NCBI RefSeq assembly: GCF_009914755.1
Contig: NC_060939.1
Length of the DNA stretch: 64,000 nt
Strand: one strand, 5' to 3'
Source: the human T2T-CHM13v2.0 reference genome, Homo sapiens
The position numbers were made by a program, and so were the translations under genes. This document shows positions 1 to 13,125 of the stretch, one piece after another; the stretch's first letter is position 1, and the number at the start of each line of letters is the position of its first letter. The notes under the pieces are model-generated. The model was given only the letters and a program-made list of their open reading frames with translations, had not been told where the DNA came from and ran no database searches.

Positions 1-39
1 CTGTCTTGATTCCTTGTACATGTCAAGCTTACTCTTGCT

Positions 40-185
40 CCAGAGCCTGTGTGGTAGTTGTTCCCTCTGCCTGGAATGGCCTTCCCTAGAACCTGCCTTG
101 GCTGGTTCTTCTTGCTATTCAAACCTCAGCTCCCACATCACCTCCTGTGTTAGGCCTCCCTGGACCACTCTAATTAAATTAGTAC
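40..185 (+). mobile_element. L2 LINE fragment
   Basis: tgttccctctgcctggaat...cacatcacctcc...cctccctggaccac resembles the L2 3' region; boundaries approximate. Confidence 0.6.
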
Positions 186-1451
186 TGGAGACATCAGTCC
201 ACCTGGCTTCAGGGGCCAGGCCTTCCTCTTGCAGCCTAGAGGCTCTTTGCAGACTGCTCAAAGCTCCCTTTGCACAACTCAACCTGGCAGTGGGGCCTTA
301 CTTTCTATTTTTATGATCTCAGGGATGTCTAGAGACCTCGTTGGCCTGGCTACAGTACATCCTAACCGGGCATTGAGTTGGAGGAACTCAGGAGCTTATA
401 ATCTGGCCTAGCTCCTCCAAGTTAGTCAGTTACCAAGTGGAGAAGAGAAGCCCTTTACCATTGAATTTTTAATTGTACTGGAAACTGCCTAACCCTTTGG
501 TAGAACAATAAAGGGAAATTTGGTGACTTGGTCTAGAGGCCTGGGGCAAGTAGCAACAGAGATGAGGTTAGAAAGATTTTTAACATGTGGGCTTTCTTTT
601 GTCATTAAAAGAGAAAAACAAGCTCTTACAATGTTTGAAGGAAACCGTCATGCAATTTCCAAGTAGTTATTGGATTCTGTCTGTGACCAAGACATTGAAG
701 GACTTGGGCTGAGCTTTGGGGCCACTGGAGTATGAAGAGGCCCCTTTTGTCATGGAGCTGACTTCTAGGAAGGGAGACAGGGCAGAGGCAAAGGGCGCAG
801 GGACTACACCATGGAGTGCCATGCTGCATCAGGCACTGTGTTTGGGTTTCCATACACACAGAGCAATTAACACACAGCAGGCTGTGTGTACCTGGACCCA
901 AGGGGCTGGCCAGGCAGAGAGGTCTGGGACTGCCCAGGAAGGGGAGCAGGTGATGTCTGAGGAGCAGAGGGGATGAGAAAAGGCTTCCTGCAGGAGATGG
1001 ACTTGGAACTGGCTCCAGGTGCACCGTGGGCTCTGAACACACACTACTGAAATAATGGGCCATGAAATTCATTCCTCCAGCACTATTCTGCTTCTCTGTC
1101 ACTTCTCCTTTCCCCATCATTTCCTTCCCCGGCTGGAGAGCACTCAGGAATGCCTTGCTGTGCCCAGTCAGGCCTCTGGAGTCCACCCTACCTAGCTGAT
1201 GTATTATTATCACCAGCAAACACACACCAGAGGCTGTATCTTGGCTGGGAAGCACATTAGCACCTTGGAAGCCCTTCTTGGAAAAAGTAAACGATTGGCA
1301 TTTGAGCCTCCTCATTGATTCCTTTGGATGAGGCAGAAAACCGCTGCCCAGAAGGATGAAGGGGTGAAGTGGAAAAACATGGGCTGGCTTCAAAGTGGAG
1401 CACAGGAGGCTAGGAATAGTTCTGCTTTGTGAACAAAGTCGTGCAAAAGGC

Positions 1452-1472
1452 AGAGAGAGAGAGAGAGAGAGA
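1452..1472. repeat. (GA)n microsatellite
   Basis: Directly visible AG dinucleotide run. Confidence 0.95.
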
Positions 1473-3703
1473 CAAAGATAGAGAGCGCAGGAGAGCGAGG
1501 AGGGAGGGAGTCAGCTTTGGCTAATTTGAATTTTGAATTGCCTTGAAAATCACCGTGCAGCAGTATCCAATTCTGCCTTTGATGGTCGAAAGAAACCAGC
1601 TGCTTTTATTCCTCTTCAGGTCTTGTTTTCCCCCCAGCAGTGAAGCAAATTAAGCAAAGAAACAGTGAAAGTTGTAGTTGGTATAATATCTCAGGCCAAG
1701 GTCAGGCTAATTGTTGGTGGGAGGGGCGGTAGAGACAAGGGACACACTCTAGGTGTTGATATTTCTCACTCCTGCTCCATTCTGCTCCCCATAATGTCAC
1801 TTTGGCATTTCCAAACACGACCACCTTGGCAGGCTTTCTTTACAAACTAAGGCCCTTGTTCTAACCACCAGCATTCCTATACTATGCCATGCATTCGGGC
1901 AGGTAAGATATGGTCCCTTTGCCCAAGTCGGGCTAAAGGAGTGGCAAACCTTGAAACACACCCCAAGATATCCCATAATGCTGTTCTTAATTTGCAACAT
2001 CAGCAGGGCAGGTATTTGCTAGTGAGCGTAGCCTCATTTTTTCCTGCTGCCTCATTTTTATCAACTCAGTTGTAAAAATTAATATCATGGAGGCTTCCTT
2101 GAAAGATATGAAATGCGTACTTCTCCCTAGACAGTCTAAAATGTACCTTTGTATCAAATTTAAGCAGCCATCTGGGAAGCTTGCCTGTGCTGTTTTGGGC
2201 CCTGGTAGAGCTCTTTTGAATGTGTGGCATGCTGGCAGGATGCCAGCTGCCTGAGAGGAGGAACCGGGAGTGCTTGACCCCGTGATGGGTAGAAGATGGA
2301 AAAATTGTCATTTCAAAACAGCAAGTGGTTCCTCTCTTGATAGAGGTGGAGATTTTCACCTTTTGGGCAAACATTTCCTTTGTGTGGTTGAAATTATCAG
2401 AATGGACCCTTGGGGACAACTGGGCAGTAGTCTGAATGCTGATGTTTTAGATGGGAATATGGGGGATTAATTTGTTGCGTGTGGTTATGCCAGAGCAAGG
2501 TCTCTCCTTTTTGTCTCCTTCTCTCCCTTCCTTCCTTGTTTTTGATTGTGCTCTGCTCACCTCCTCCTGGTCCGCACACCTTAGTAAGTGGTCATTGAAT
2601 GCTGCTGTCCAGAAGGGGATTCTCTCTCCTCGGCTGCTTCCTGAGTAATAATCAAGGTAAAAGTGATGAAGTGGAAGGGGCGGGTAATTGGACCTATTTT
2701 GAAAACTCAAGATTCTGTCCTGACCATTCCTAGGCTTGACACATCTTCCTTTCCCTTAAAAGCAACCCCAGGCTAGCCCAAAGAAGGCCTGGAAGAGGTA
2801 AATGTAATTCTGGTTTGGCCACCTGGATTCTTTTGTTGGATTGACCTGACCTTAGGTCATTAGGATAGTGACCACTTGTCTTAGTACACAGCTCATTCAG
2901 CACCCTATTGTGGGCCACAACAACAAAAGTTGGGGATATAATGGATCTCTCCATGTTTTATGAAAATGCTTTTGTCACTCTTGCAATGGAAACTTCTGGA
3001 TTAAAGATGTACATATGAGTAGGAGATTATTGGGAAAAGGGTGATGTTACATTTATTGGAAGGGCAGTTGAGGAAGGACATTGACCATGGCACCCACAGA
3101 GGGAATACCTTAGCCTGTACTTGTACTTAGAGGTACAGGGAAGGGAGGGACACTGATGAAATTTGTCTTTCAGAACCGCTTCTGGAGTCTTCCTCCCAAG
3201 AGCAAGGCACTGGTGCTGCTCTGTCAAACTGTTCAAGTGCCTTCATGTAACTGCTTGCTGTCTCTGCTGGCCCCTCCCACTGGCTCCAACCATGGCTTGG
3301 TCCCCACTCCCCTTAACCCCAGCTCCTGCACTTCCCATGCAAAGCACCTGCCAGCACCTCTGGATAACTTTCCCAACCACATTCTCATACTATTTGCTCA
3401 ATCATTCCATGGGGCAAGAGAATGTCACCCGACTAGGAGTGTAGACAGACAGGACAAGTTGGACAGACAGCCCTCAGGCAGAATCTTTGAAAACAGGGAC
3501 TCCATTATTGGCACTGAAAACCCTAAGTCTTACCACCCATGGAGAGGCCATATTGGAGCCAATCAACCTGTGCCCCTAGCTGATGTCCCATTTGGGGATC
3601 CCCAACAACTGTGGACAATACTTCCTTTCTAGGGGCACCATATGCATCCCAGGGACTGTAATTGTGAATTGTGTGGAAGCCAGATGTTACATTGTCTCCC
3701 TAC

Positions 3704-4240
3704 TGTAAACACAGTGACCTTCCCAGACAGATAACTGAGTCATTATTTATGGGTACCCTATGAACTGTTTTCCCTATAATGGGACCCCTGCAATTAGAAA
3801 AGGAGGCATGAAATTTGACCCTGACTTCAGCCGACCCCACCGTGGCCTGGGACCTGGAAAGCATTCATGTCAGCCTCCCCTCACTGACCAGGGTTGTGAT
3901 CGACGACAATAGAATTACCCTACACTTTTTCCTTGTAGGCCAAGATGGAGTCTCTGCAATTCCAAATACATCCTGCTCTACCTGGATCACTGCCTTGAGC
4001 TGGGTGGAAAGGTCAGTAGAGAAATGTATCCACCTGGCTTTCTAACGTAGACCCAGGTTGTTGATGGCATCCGTTCACCTGGCTGGATGCAGGACCCTGG
4101 GGAGGTCATGGCTGAAGCCAGTGCTGCAGGTTAGTCTTGTCTCGCTGCATGGATCCTGTTGGTAGTAACCTTAATTAAATGCTATAGGAGACTAACTAAA
4201 TCGATTTTGTCCCCCCTTCTATTGGTCAAATTAATCAGAG
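3704..4240 (+). pseudogene. env: Degenerate endogenous retrovirus env, TM subunit remnant
   Basis: Frame of ORF 3815 reads SLTRVVIDDNRITLHFFLVGQDGVSAIPNTSCSTW, matching a gamma-type immunosuppressive domain plus decayed CX6CC. Upstream in frame is FMGTL*TVFPIMGPLQLEKEA*NLT, and a frameshifted hydrophobic anchor lies near 4110-4190. Confidence 0.8.
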
Positions 4241-4356
4241 TGGCCGATAGAGTGATGCATTCATGGGAGGATTTGCCAGAAGCTAAGGCTATAAAAACCA
4301 GGGCTAGAGTTGGTTTGAGACAATTCTCCGTGGGTCTTTCAAGTTTCTGCATGGTT

Positions 4357-4725
4357 TGTGAGCAGAGCTACTGACTGCCTTTGTTCCAGATGATCTTTCC
4401 AAGGATGTTGTACTACAAGTATGAGAGATAGTACCTCTCTCTGAAACCAAGAGCAGGCAGGCTTAGTGTTCCTTAGGAAAGATTCACCTTCCCTCCACTT
4501 GGGGTTTCTCTCCTGTAGTGCAGGTGTGTGCAGGAGCCTTGTGGCCCTTCCTATGCTGCTCTGTAAGATTTGGAGCTTAGGGAGCCAATGCAAAAAAGCA
4601 CTGCTCCTGGATCCTGCTACTTCTGTGAGTCATGAAATCTTTGATCTCTGACCCAGGAGTCTTGTGTCTTCTGCTAGCCTCCAAGCAGGGTAAAGTCATC
4701 TCAGACACCTCACAGTTCTTGATCA
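4357..4725 (+). mobile_element. 3' LTR of the ERV remnant (MER76-like, subfamily tentative)
   Basis: Ends in tctctgacccaggagtcttgtgtcttctgc...atctcagacacctcacagttcttga and lies directly downstream of the env remnant. Confidence 0.65.
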
Positions 4726-4984
4726 CCATGTCTGGCCAGAACCATGCTTGAGTGTGGCATGTCTGTGAACATCATCCATCGTGTATGCATCATAGGAAGA
4801 TAAAAGTCAGCCGCTCTTGACATCACCAGACCATACTGGATGATAGGTGTGGGGGTCACCACCCACCACTTTCCATGCAGGCGATCAGTTCTACATAAAG
4901 ATCCAGGAGGCTGGCTGGAGAGGGCTGGAGGGGCCTCAGGAGTCAGACCATGTGGGTTTCTATCATGATCCTCCATACCCTACA

Positions 4985-5110
4985 GCCTCTGTTTTCCCAT
5001 CTTTCAAGCAGGGATAACAACAGCACCTACTTTGGAGGGGTTTTGTGGGGATTCAATAGTATGGCTCCGCCCAGGAAAGCCCTGATGAAGGTAGAACCTG
5101 TTATTTGTGT
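4985..5110 (+). mobile_element. MIR fragment
   Basis: ctgttttcccatct...gggataacaacagcacctac...ttgtggggatt core. Confidence 0.6.
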
Positions 5111-5829
5111 TTACCATTGTTATTATCATCCATATCATTATTCTGCCCACCTGGACTTATTCTTTGTAAGGCTTGCCTCTCCCTCTGAACAGCCTGTATA
5201 TAATCTAAGTCTATCTTTTCTGCACCAAAATTGGCCAATTTATGTGGCACCCCTCACCACCATCACTGGATGTGCCTCTAATCTAATTAGACTAATTTCA
5301 ATTTCCTGGATTTAATTACTTTTAATTTAATTAATTTAGAATGCAGTATACTAGGTGATTAATTAGGAGACGTTACTGAGGGATTCGGAAGGGGAATTGC
5401 AGTATGTAAGTGTTTAAATATTATTGTGGCCATAGCCACCAGTTGTCACTTTACACAGGAGGCCGCTGAGGCCCTGGGAGGGGCAGAGCTTGGAGAACTG
5501 GGATGGGACAGGGACTCAAACAGAAGTCTCCTGGCAGCAAGCACAGAGCTCTTTCCTTTCACTGCTTTTGGCAACTCCCAGGGGAGGCAAAGAAGAGGCA
5601 GCTGATTCCAGTGACCAGCAAGTTGGAACTAAGTCATGAATTGTGGGAGGTGAGAACACACTTGGTCTTTTAATAGAGTGATATTTTACTGGGTTTTTCA
5701 TGTACATAGTAAATAACCATAGGTCTCCCTCTGAGCTATCACACACTTCTGTTATTTTTCTTTTTTGCTACACACATTTACTGAGTACCTGGAATAATGA
5801 ATAGTCATCACCATCATCATCATCTTAAC

Positions 5830-6040
5830 AAACATGTATGTGGTGCTACATGCCAGATGTTGTTCTGAGTGCTTTTATATTGATTAGCTCATTTAATTGT
5901 CATCGGAGTTAAGTACTGTAAGTGAAGTACTGTTGCTTCCATTGTACTATTGCTTCCATTGTCTAGAGGACTATTGCTTCCATTGTCTACAGTACTATTG
6001 CTTCCATTGTCTAGAGGAGGGATCTGAGGCACAGAGTTAG
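5830..6040 (-). mobile_element. MIR containing an internal tandem repeat
   Basis: ctcatttaat...tactattgcttccatt...gaggagggatctgaggcacagag. Confidence 0.7.
5928..6017. repeat. 24-bp minisatellite, 3 copies plus a partial copy
   Basis: Unit actattgcttccattgtcta(gagg/cagt) is directly visible. Confidence 0.95.
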
Positions 6041-6789
6041 CTCTGTCAGGAATATCTATTATTTGTGTTGTACAAAGGGACAAGTCCTAGTGAATTTCAG
6101 GCTTGTGCCAGGCAGGTGGGGGAGACAGTCTAGGGCTGGGCCCTTTAGGTCACACAGGTTTACCTACTCCACCTCTGAGAGGTAATAATAACACCAGCAA
6201 ACACCTGCAGAGCCCTGACTGTGTGCCAGGTCTGCTTCTAAATCATGTTGTGTATTGACTCTGGACACACCTGCCCTACTCACTACTCCCTGAGGGTAGA
6301 TTGAGCTATGGCTTTCTCCATATCTCTGTTTGTCAATCAGGACTTGAGACTACAGTTCTGATGGACCCTTGGAGGCAGAGCTGGGCCAGACCCTCTATCC
6401 TGAGCGAATCCTGCAGCATGAGCTAGATCCTTCACTCTGAAATCCAGCTCCAATTCCAAGGTTACTCATTTACCAAATGAGCCCATTGGGCATTTTCAGG
6501 GCTTTGACCCCTGTTCTCTTGGAATGTTGGGTTAGGATTCAGGTAAGAAGCCTGTGTGGTGTAGGACTTCACTCTGATGCATGAGCAATGCCTGCTAGGC
6601 CGGGACCCTCTTGCAAGGAGAAGTAAAGACACAAGAGCTGGCTTCAATATATTCCCTGTGTGGGGACTAGGACCACAGTGAGACTTTCCTCTTTATAAAT
6701 GAATTTTCTAATAGTCTGAGCTGTCTTAGCTGCAATGGGCTTGTCAACAGGCCATCACTGGGGGTATCCAAACAGAAACCGATTGACAA

Positions 6790-7050
6790 CAATTTGCTCA
6801 CTTGGTCTTCTCTTCCTGGAAGGCTCATCTCTATCCTTTTTGTCAGTTAACTCCTATTCAACTTTTAAGACTCAGTCCAGGTGTCACTTCTTCTGGAAAG
6901 GCTTCCCTGTAAACCCCAACCCAGCCCCAGACTGGGCCAGATGTCCTTTGTGTTCCCATAATGTCTCAGGCATATCTTTATCATTACACCCACTATATAT
7001 TGCAATGACCTGCTTATGAGTTTGTCTCCTCTAGGTTCTGTCTATGTCAC
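6790..7050 (+). mobile_element. L2 fragment
   Basis: actcctattcaacttttaagactcagtccaggtgtcacttcttctggaaaggcttccctg. Confidence 0.65.
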
Positions 7051-8361
7051 CACCCTCTTCAATAACCAGGTGAGGCAGACATGATTTCCATTTGGAGGAT
7101 GGAGAACCGAGGCTCAGGACCTCGCCCGTGAAGCCAAGAGGAGACAAAGATGGCTAGGTCTGGTTCCCAAGCCTAAAGACCATGATCTGTCCAGTGTGGA
7201 ACACTGCAGGCCCCCAAGTTCTGTCATTTGTAAAGTCATGGGCTTGTGTGAGTCCCGAGCAATCAAAGCAGCAGAAGCAATGCTCCCAAGGGGTGCACGA
7301 GGGCCATGTTTGGAGCCATGCCAGCTTGCCAATCCTTGGCATACTCTGTACATAGCCAGATAACTACACAAGCTCACCTCATCTGCACAAACTCACTCTC
7401 TGAACACTTCTAAGGTCACCGAGAAGTCAGGGAAAAATGAGAACCAGGACAGTCAAAGCCTTTGCCTCTCCTGAAGCTATGGGGCTTGTTGCCAGAGCCA
7501 AAGCCCCTCTTAGCACTCTTATTACTTCATTTAACAAACATAAGGAGAGCCCGGCCCTCTGCTTTTAAGGGTGGATTCCATTACTATTAAGACTTCTGCG
7601 GCCCCTGAAAGATTAACTCAACAGTCACCCCTGTGAAAGCTGATCCAAGTGGAAAATCGAGTTAGAAAATTCCACCTTCCCTTCCCTCACACCTCAGCAG
7701 ATTAAGGGGAAGGCCTGATGCTGAGTTATGGGGATTTATGGGAATGTGCAGTTGCTGGCTTTTAAACGCTCACTCTTTGGAATGTTGGCAACCTTGCTTC
7801 CTATAAATCGTTGCTGGTATTTCTTAGCCTTTCCTTGCCAGCAACGCGGAGGCCTGCAACACCTTTTCCGTGCAGTAGCCTGTGAAAATATTGAAGTCAG
7901 GCCCAGAAAAACACCAGCATTGAAAGGGGAAACTTTGATGTTTGCTAGTTCTTTTCAGACAACTCTTGCCAAATCTTAATTTTTCCAGTTTACAAGTAAG
8001 GGATTCTGACCATCTGTCTGCTGTCAACCGATGTTTGTTTGGATGAAGATTTTATTTTTTTCTCCCAATCTAGCACTCCTGTTCTTACAAGTAGTTTATT
8101 GGACTTCATAAATGTCAGCTTTTTGCAGGCATTTTGTAAGCAGCTTATGATTTAGTATTTAATCAAAATTGAGCAGTCAGCGTCTGTAATCAATCTGAAG
8201 CAGGAGTAACAATGAGATTGAAGCTTAAAATGCACCAGGACCACAATTTATGTCTCCCAACTATCGTTGTAAGAACTAAGTTTGCACTTGAAGGTCTGGG
8301 GTGGGGAGATGATGCAGGAAATAAACACTTATTGAGTACCTGTTGTGTGTCATTTTATGAT

Positions 8362-9217
8362 TGTGTCAGTTATTAATTGCCAAAATAATACTGTGCAACA
8401 AACCATCCCAAACTCGGTGACTTAAAAAAATCAGTCTTTTTAGCTTGTTGGTCTGATGAGTCAGGTGGGAGGTCCTCTTGGCCTTGGCAGAGCTCTTTAT
8501 GTGTTGGGGATGTGTTGGCTGCTGGGTGATCTTTGCTGGCCTCGTCTGGGACAACTAGGGCATATTGGCTCCATTCTGTGTGTTTCTCACCCTCCAGCAG
8601 GCTAGCTGAGGCATGTTCTCATGGCCATGGCAGAGTGCAAAAGTAAGCAAACCCAGTCTGTAAGCACTTTCTCAAATTTCTGCTTGTGTCACATTTGTTA
8701 ACATCTCACTGGCCAAAGCAAGTGACATGGCCGAACTCTGAATCACAGAGTTCACGCAGGCTGCTCTAACAAAATTCCATAGACTAGGTAGCTTATAAAC
8801 AACAAAAATTTATTTCTGAGAGATTTGGAGATTGGGAAGTCCAAGATCAAGGTGTGCAGACAGATTTGGTGTCTAGTGAGGACCCGCTTCTTTGTTCGTA
8901 GATGTTGCCTTCTCACTGTGTCTTCATGTGGCGAAATGGGCAAGGCAGTTCTCTGGGGCCTTTTTTCAAAAGGGTAGTAATCCCATTCATGGGATTACTC
9001 ATGACCTAATCATCTCCCAAAGGCCCCATCTTCTAATACCATCATGTTGGTGTTTAGGTTTCAGCATATACGTTTTGGGAGAAGGCAAACATTCCACCCA
9101 CAGCAGGGAGAAAGACTCTCTCTCTTCACAGCAGGAGGACTTACAAAGTCACAGGCAAAGTTCATGGGCACAGAGAAGGGTGAAGAATCAGGGCCCTAAA
9201 ACAATCAGTCTATCACA
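8362..9217 (-). mobile_element. Old MLT1 (G/H-like) MaLR LTR split by a younger MaLR LTR
   Basis: tgtgtcagtta...aacaaaccatcccaaact start and ggccaaagcaagtgacatggcc; resumes near 9103 with caaagtcacaggcaaag...ctatcaca. Confidence 0.75.
8749..9102 (-). mobile_element. MLT1A/MSTD-like MaLR LTR, nested
   Basis: ggctgctctaacaaaattccatagact...gggaagtccaagatcaaggtg...catgacctaatcatctcccaaaggcccc. Confidence 0.8.
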
Positions 9218-9834
9218 GTGATGCTGGAAATCCCTGAAGGAGGTAATTATTATAACCGCCATCTCCAGACGGAGAAATTCAGAGATTAAACCATTTGCCC
9301 AAGGGTTCTCGACAGTTAGCAAAGAAGTCAGAATTCTTTCTTGGCCTAAATCTTAAGCAGTTTACTTTTGTCTCTCTGAATCTACTTTTCTCTAGACATA
9401 GGTAAAGCAAGAGTAGTGGGAGGCTCTCAGAAATCATCAATTCGCCACCCTCATTTTAAACATGGCCTCTAGAAGGGGAGCGAATTGCCTAAGGTCTTAC
9501 AGGGGAATGGAAGGACACAGGAAGGCCCAGCTTTCAGGACAGCACTCTTCCTGCGCCCAGGAAGAGCCGTGCATCTCCAATCTTTCACAGTGCTGTCTTC
9601 TGCAGGAAGCTGCTGAGGACTTTGAACTCCCCCTCTCAGACTTGAATACAGTATCCACTAGGCAGGCTCTACAGAGACCTGGCTTGGTCATGGCAGCCTT
9701 AAGAAAATGTAGCAAAATTACTCTAAGGGGCTCCCAGATGGAGCAAGGATGGCAAAGGCCTTTGCTAGGTTTACTAGAGAGGCATATTGAATGTTGGCAG
9801 CCTTTTATGACATCATGATTAAATTCCTTCCTTG

Positions 9835-10522
<688 letters not shown>

Positions 10523-10820
10523 ACAGATGAGGAATCAGATTATCAAAGGGTCATTTATGTATTCACTCAGGCATTCAACTTATATGTATTAAGTATATAC
10601 CGTGTGCAAACTCTCCATGCTACAGTGGGGTGGGAGGCTGGGATTTTCCCTGGAGAGTGGAGGAGTGGCTTTTCATGTTGCCCTGATTTGCCCCCAGTTC
10701 TCCATCTAAGCTGCCAGCAAAGCCTTCACTATGTAGGTTTTTCCCTCCTGGCTTAATGAGCTACTGGCTTTGGAGGAGGCTGGGATGGCCACCTGACTGA
10801 CTGTCCCTAGGGCAGTTGGC

Positions 10821-13125
10821 TGGAGTAGTCCGTTTTTATGCTGCTGATGAAGGCATACCTGAGGCTGGGAAGAAAAGAGGTTTAATTGGACTTACAGTTC
10901 CACATGGCTGGTGAGGTCTCATAATCGTAGCAGAGGGTGAAAGGCACTTTTACATGGTGGCAGCAAGAGAGAATGAGGAAGAAGCAAAAGGAAACCCCTG
11001 ATAAACCAATTATATCATCTCATGAGACTTTTCACTGTCACAAGAATAGCATGGGAAAGACCAGCCCCCATGATTCAATTACCTCCCCCTGGGTGACTCC
11101 CACAACACATGGGAATTCTGGGAGATACAATTCAAGTTGAGATTTGAATGGGACACAGCCAAACCATATCATTCCCCCTGGCCCTCCAAACCTCATGTCC
11201 TCACATTTCAAAACCAATCATGCCCTCCCAACAGTCCCCCAAACTCTTAACTCATTTCAGCATTAACCAAAAGGTCCACAAGTCCCAAGTCTCATCTGAG
11301 ATAAGGCAAGTCCCTTCCACCTGTGAGCCTGTAAAATCAAAAGCAAGCTAGTTACTTCCTAGATACAATGAGGGTACAGATAATGGGTAAATACAGCTGT
11401 TCCAAATGGGAGAAATTGGCCAAAACAAAGGGGTTACAGGACCCATGCAAGTCCAAAATACAGCAGGGCAGTCAAATTTTAAAGCTCCAAAATGATCTCT
11501 TTTGACTCCAGGTCTTACATCCAGGTCACACTGACGCAAGAGGTAGGTTCTTATGGTTTTCAGCAGCTCTGCCTTTGTGGCTTTGCAGGGTACAGCCTCC
11601 CTCCCAGCTGCTTTCATGGGCTGGCATTGAGTGTCTGTGGTTTTTCCAGGTGTACGGTGCAAGCTGTTGGTGGATTCTGGGATCTGGAGGACAGTGGCCC
11701 TCTTCTTACAGCTCCAATAGGCAGTGCCCCAGTAGGGACTCCGTGTCGGGGCTCTGACCCCACATTTCCCTTCTGTACTGCCCTAGCAGAGGTTCTCCAT
11801 GACGGCCCCATCCCTGCAGCAAACTTTTGCCTGGGCATCCAGGAGTTTCCATACATCTTCTGAAATCTAGGTGGAGGTTCCCAAACCTCAATTCTTGACT
11901 TCTGTGCACCTGCAAGCTCAACACCATGTGGAAGCTGCCAAGGCTTGGATCTTCCACCCTCCAAAGCCACAGCCTGAGCTGTATGTTTGACCCTTTCAGT
12001 CATGGCTGGAGTAGCTGGGACACAGGGCACCAAGGCCTTAGGCTGCACACAGCATGGTGACCCTGGGCCCAGTTCACAAAACCACTTTTTCCTCCTGGGC
12101 TTCTGGGCCTGTGATGGCAGGGGTTGCCGTGAAGGTCTCTGATATGGCCTGGAGACATTTTCCCCATGGTCTTGGAGATCATCATTAGGATCCTTGCTAC
12201 TTATGCAAATTTCTGCAGCTGGCTTGAATTTCTCCCCAGAAAATGGGTTTTTCTTTTCTACTGCATCATCAGGCTGCAAATTTTCTGAACTTTATGCTCT
12301 GTTTCTCTTTTAAAATGGAATGCTTTTAACAGCACCCAAGTCACATTTTGAATGCTTTGCTACTTAGAAATTTGTACCACCAGATACCCTAAACCATCTC
12401 TCTCAAGTTCAAAGTTCCACAAATCTCTAGGGCAGGGGCAAAATGCTTCCAGTCTCTTTGCTAAAACATAACAAGAGTAACCTTTGCTCCAGTTCCCAAC
12501 AAGCTCCTCATCTCCATCTGAGGCAGCTCCCAAAAGGTTCCTCATCTCCATCTGAGGCCACCTCAGCCTGGACCTTATTGTCCATATCACTATCAGGTTT
12601 TTGGTCAGTCATTCAACAAGTCTCTAGAAAGTTCCAAACTTTCTCACACATTTTACTATCTTCTTCTGAGGCCTCCAAAGTGTTCCAACCTCTGCCCGAT
12701 ACCCAGTTCCAAAGTTGCTTTCACATTTTCAGGTATCTTTTCAGCAACACCCCACTCCTGGTACCAATTTACTGTATTAGTCCGGTTTTATGCTGCTGAT
12801 AAAGACATACCTGAGGCTGGGAAGAAAAAGAGGTTTAATTGGATTTACAGTTCCACATGGCTGGGGAGGTCTCATAATCATGGTGGAGGGTGAAAGGCAC
12901 TTCTTACATGGCAGCAGCAAGAGAGAATGAGGAAGAAGCAAAAGCAGAAACCCCTGATAAACCCATCAGATCTCATGAGACTTAGTCACTATCATGAGAA
13001 TAGCATGAGAAAGACCAGCCTCCATGATTCAAGTACCTCTGCCGGGTCCCTCCCACAACACTTGGGAATTCTGGGAGATGCAATTCAAGACAGAATTTGA
13101 ATGGGGACACAGCCAAACCATATCA
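10821..13125 (-). mobile_element. Complete THE1C MaLR provirus (LTR 10821-11171, internal 11172-12772, LTR 12773-13125)
   Basis: Two ~350-bp direct LTRs with gggaagaaaaagaggtttaattgga and aaaccatatca ends, flanking a 1.6-kb internal region. ORF 11614-12279 resembles the MaLR ORF remnant. Confidence 0.93.

Noticed and set aside
626-1393. 255-aa minus-strand ORF
   Set aside because: Non-ATG start, no recognisable domain, and composition typical of a chance ORF
5928-6017. CRISPR-like repeat array
   Set aside because: No unique spacers, eukaryotic context, simple tandem repeat
11614-12279. 221-aa ORF
   Set aside because: Fragment of the decayed THE1 internal ORF, not a host gene
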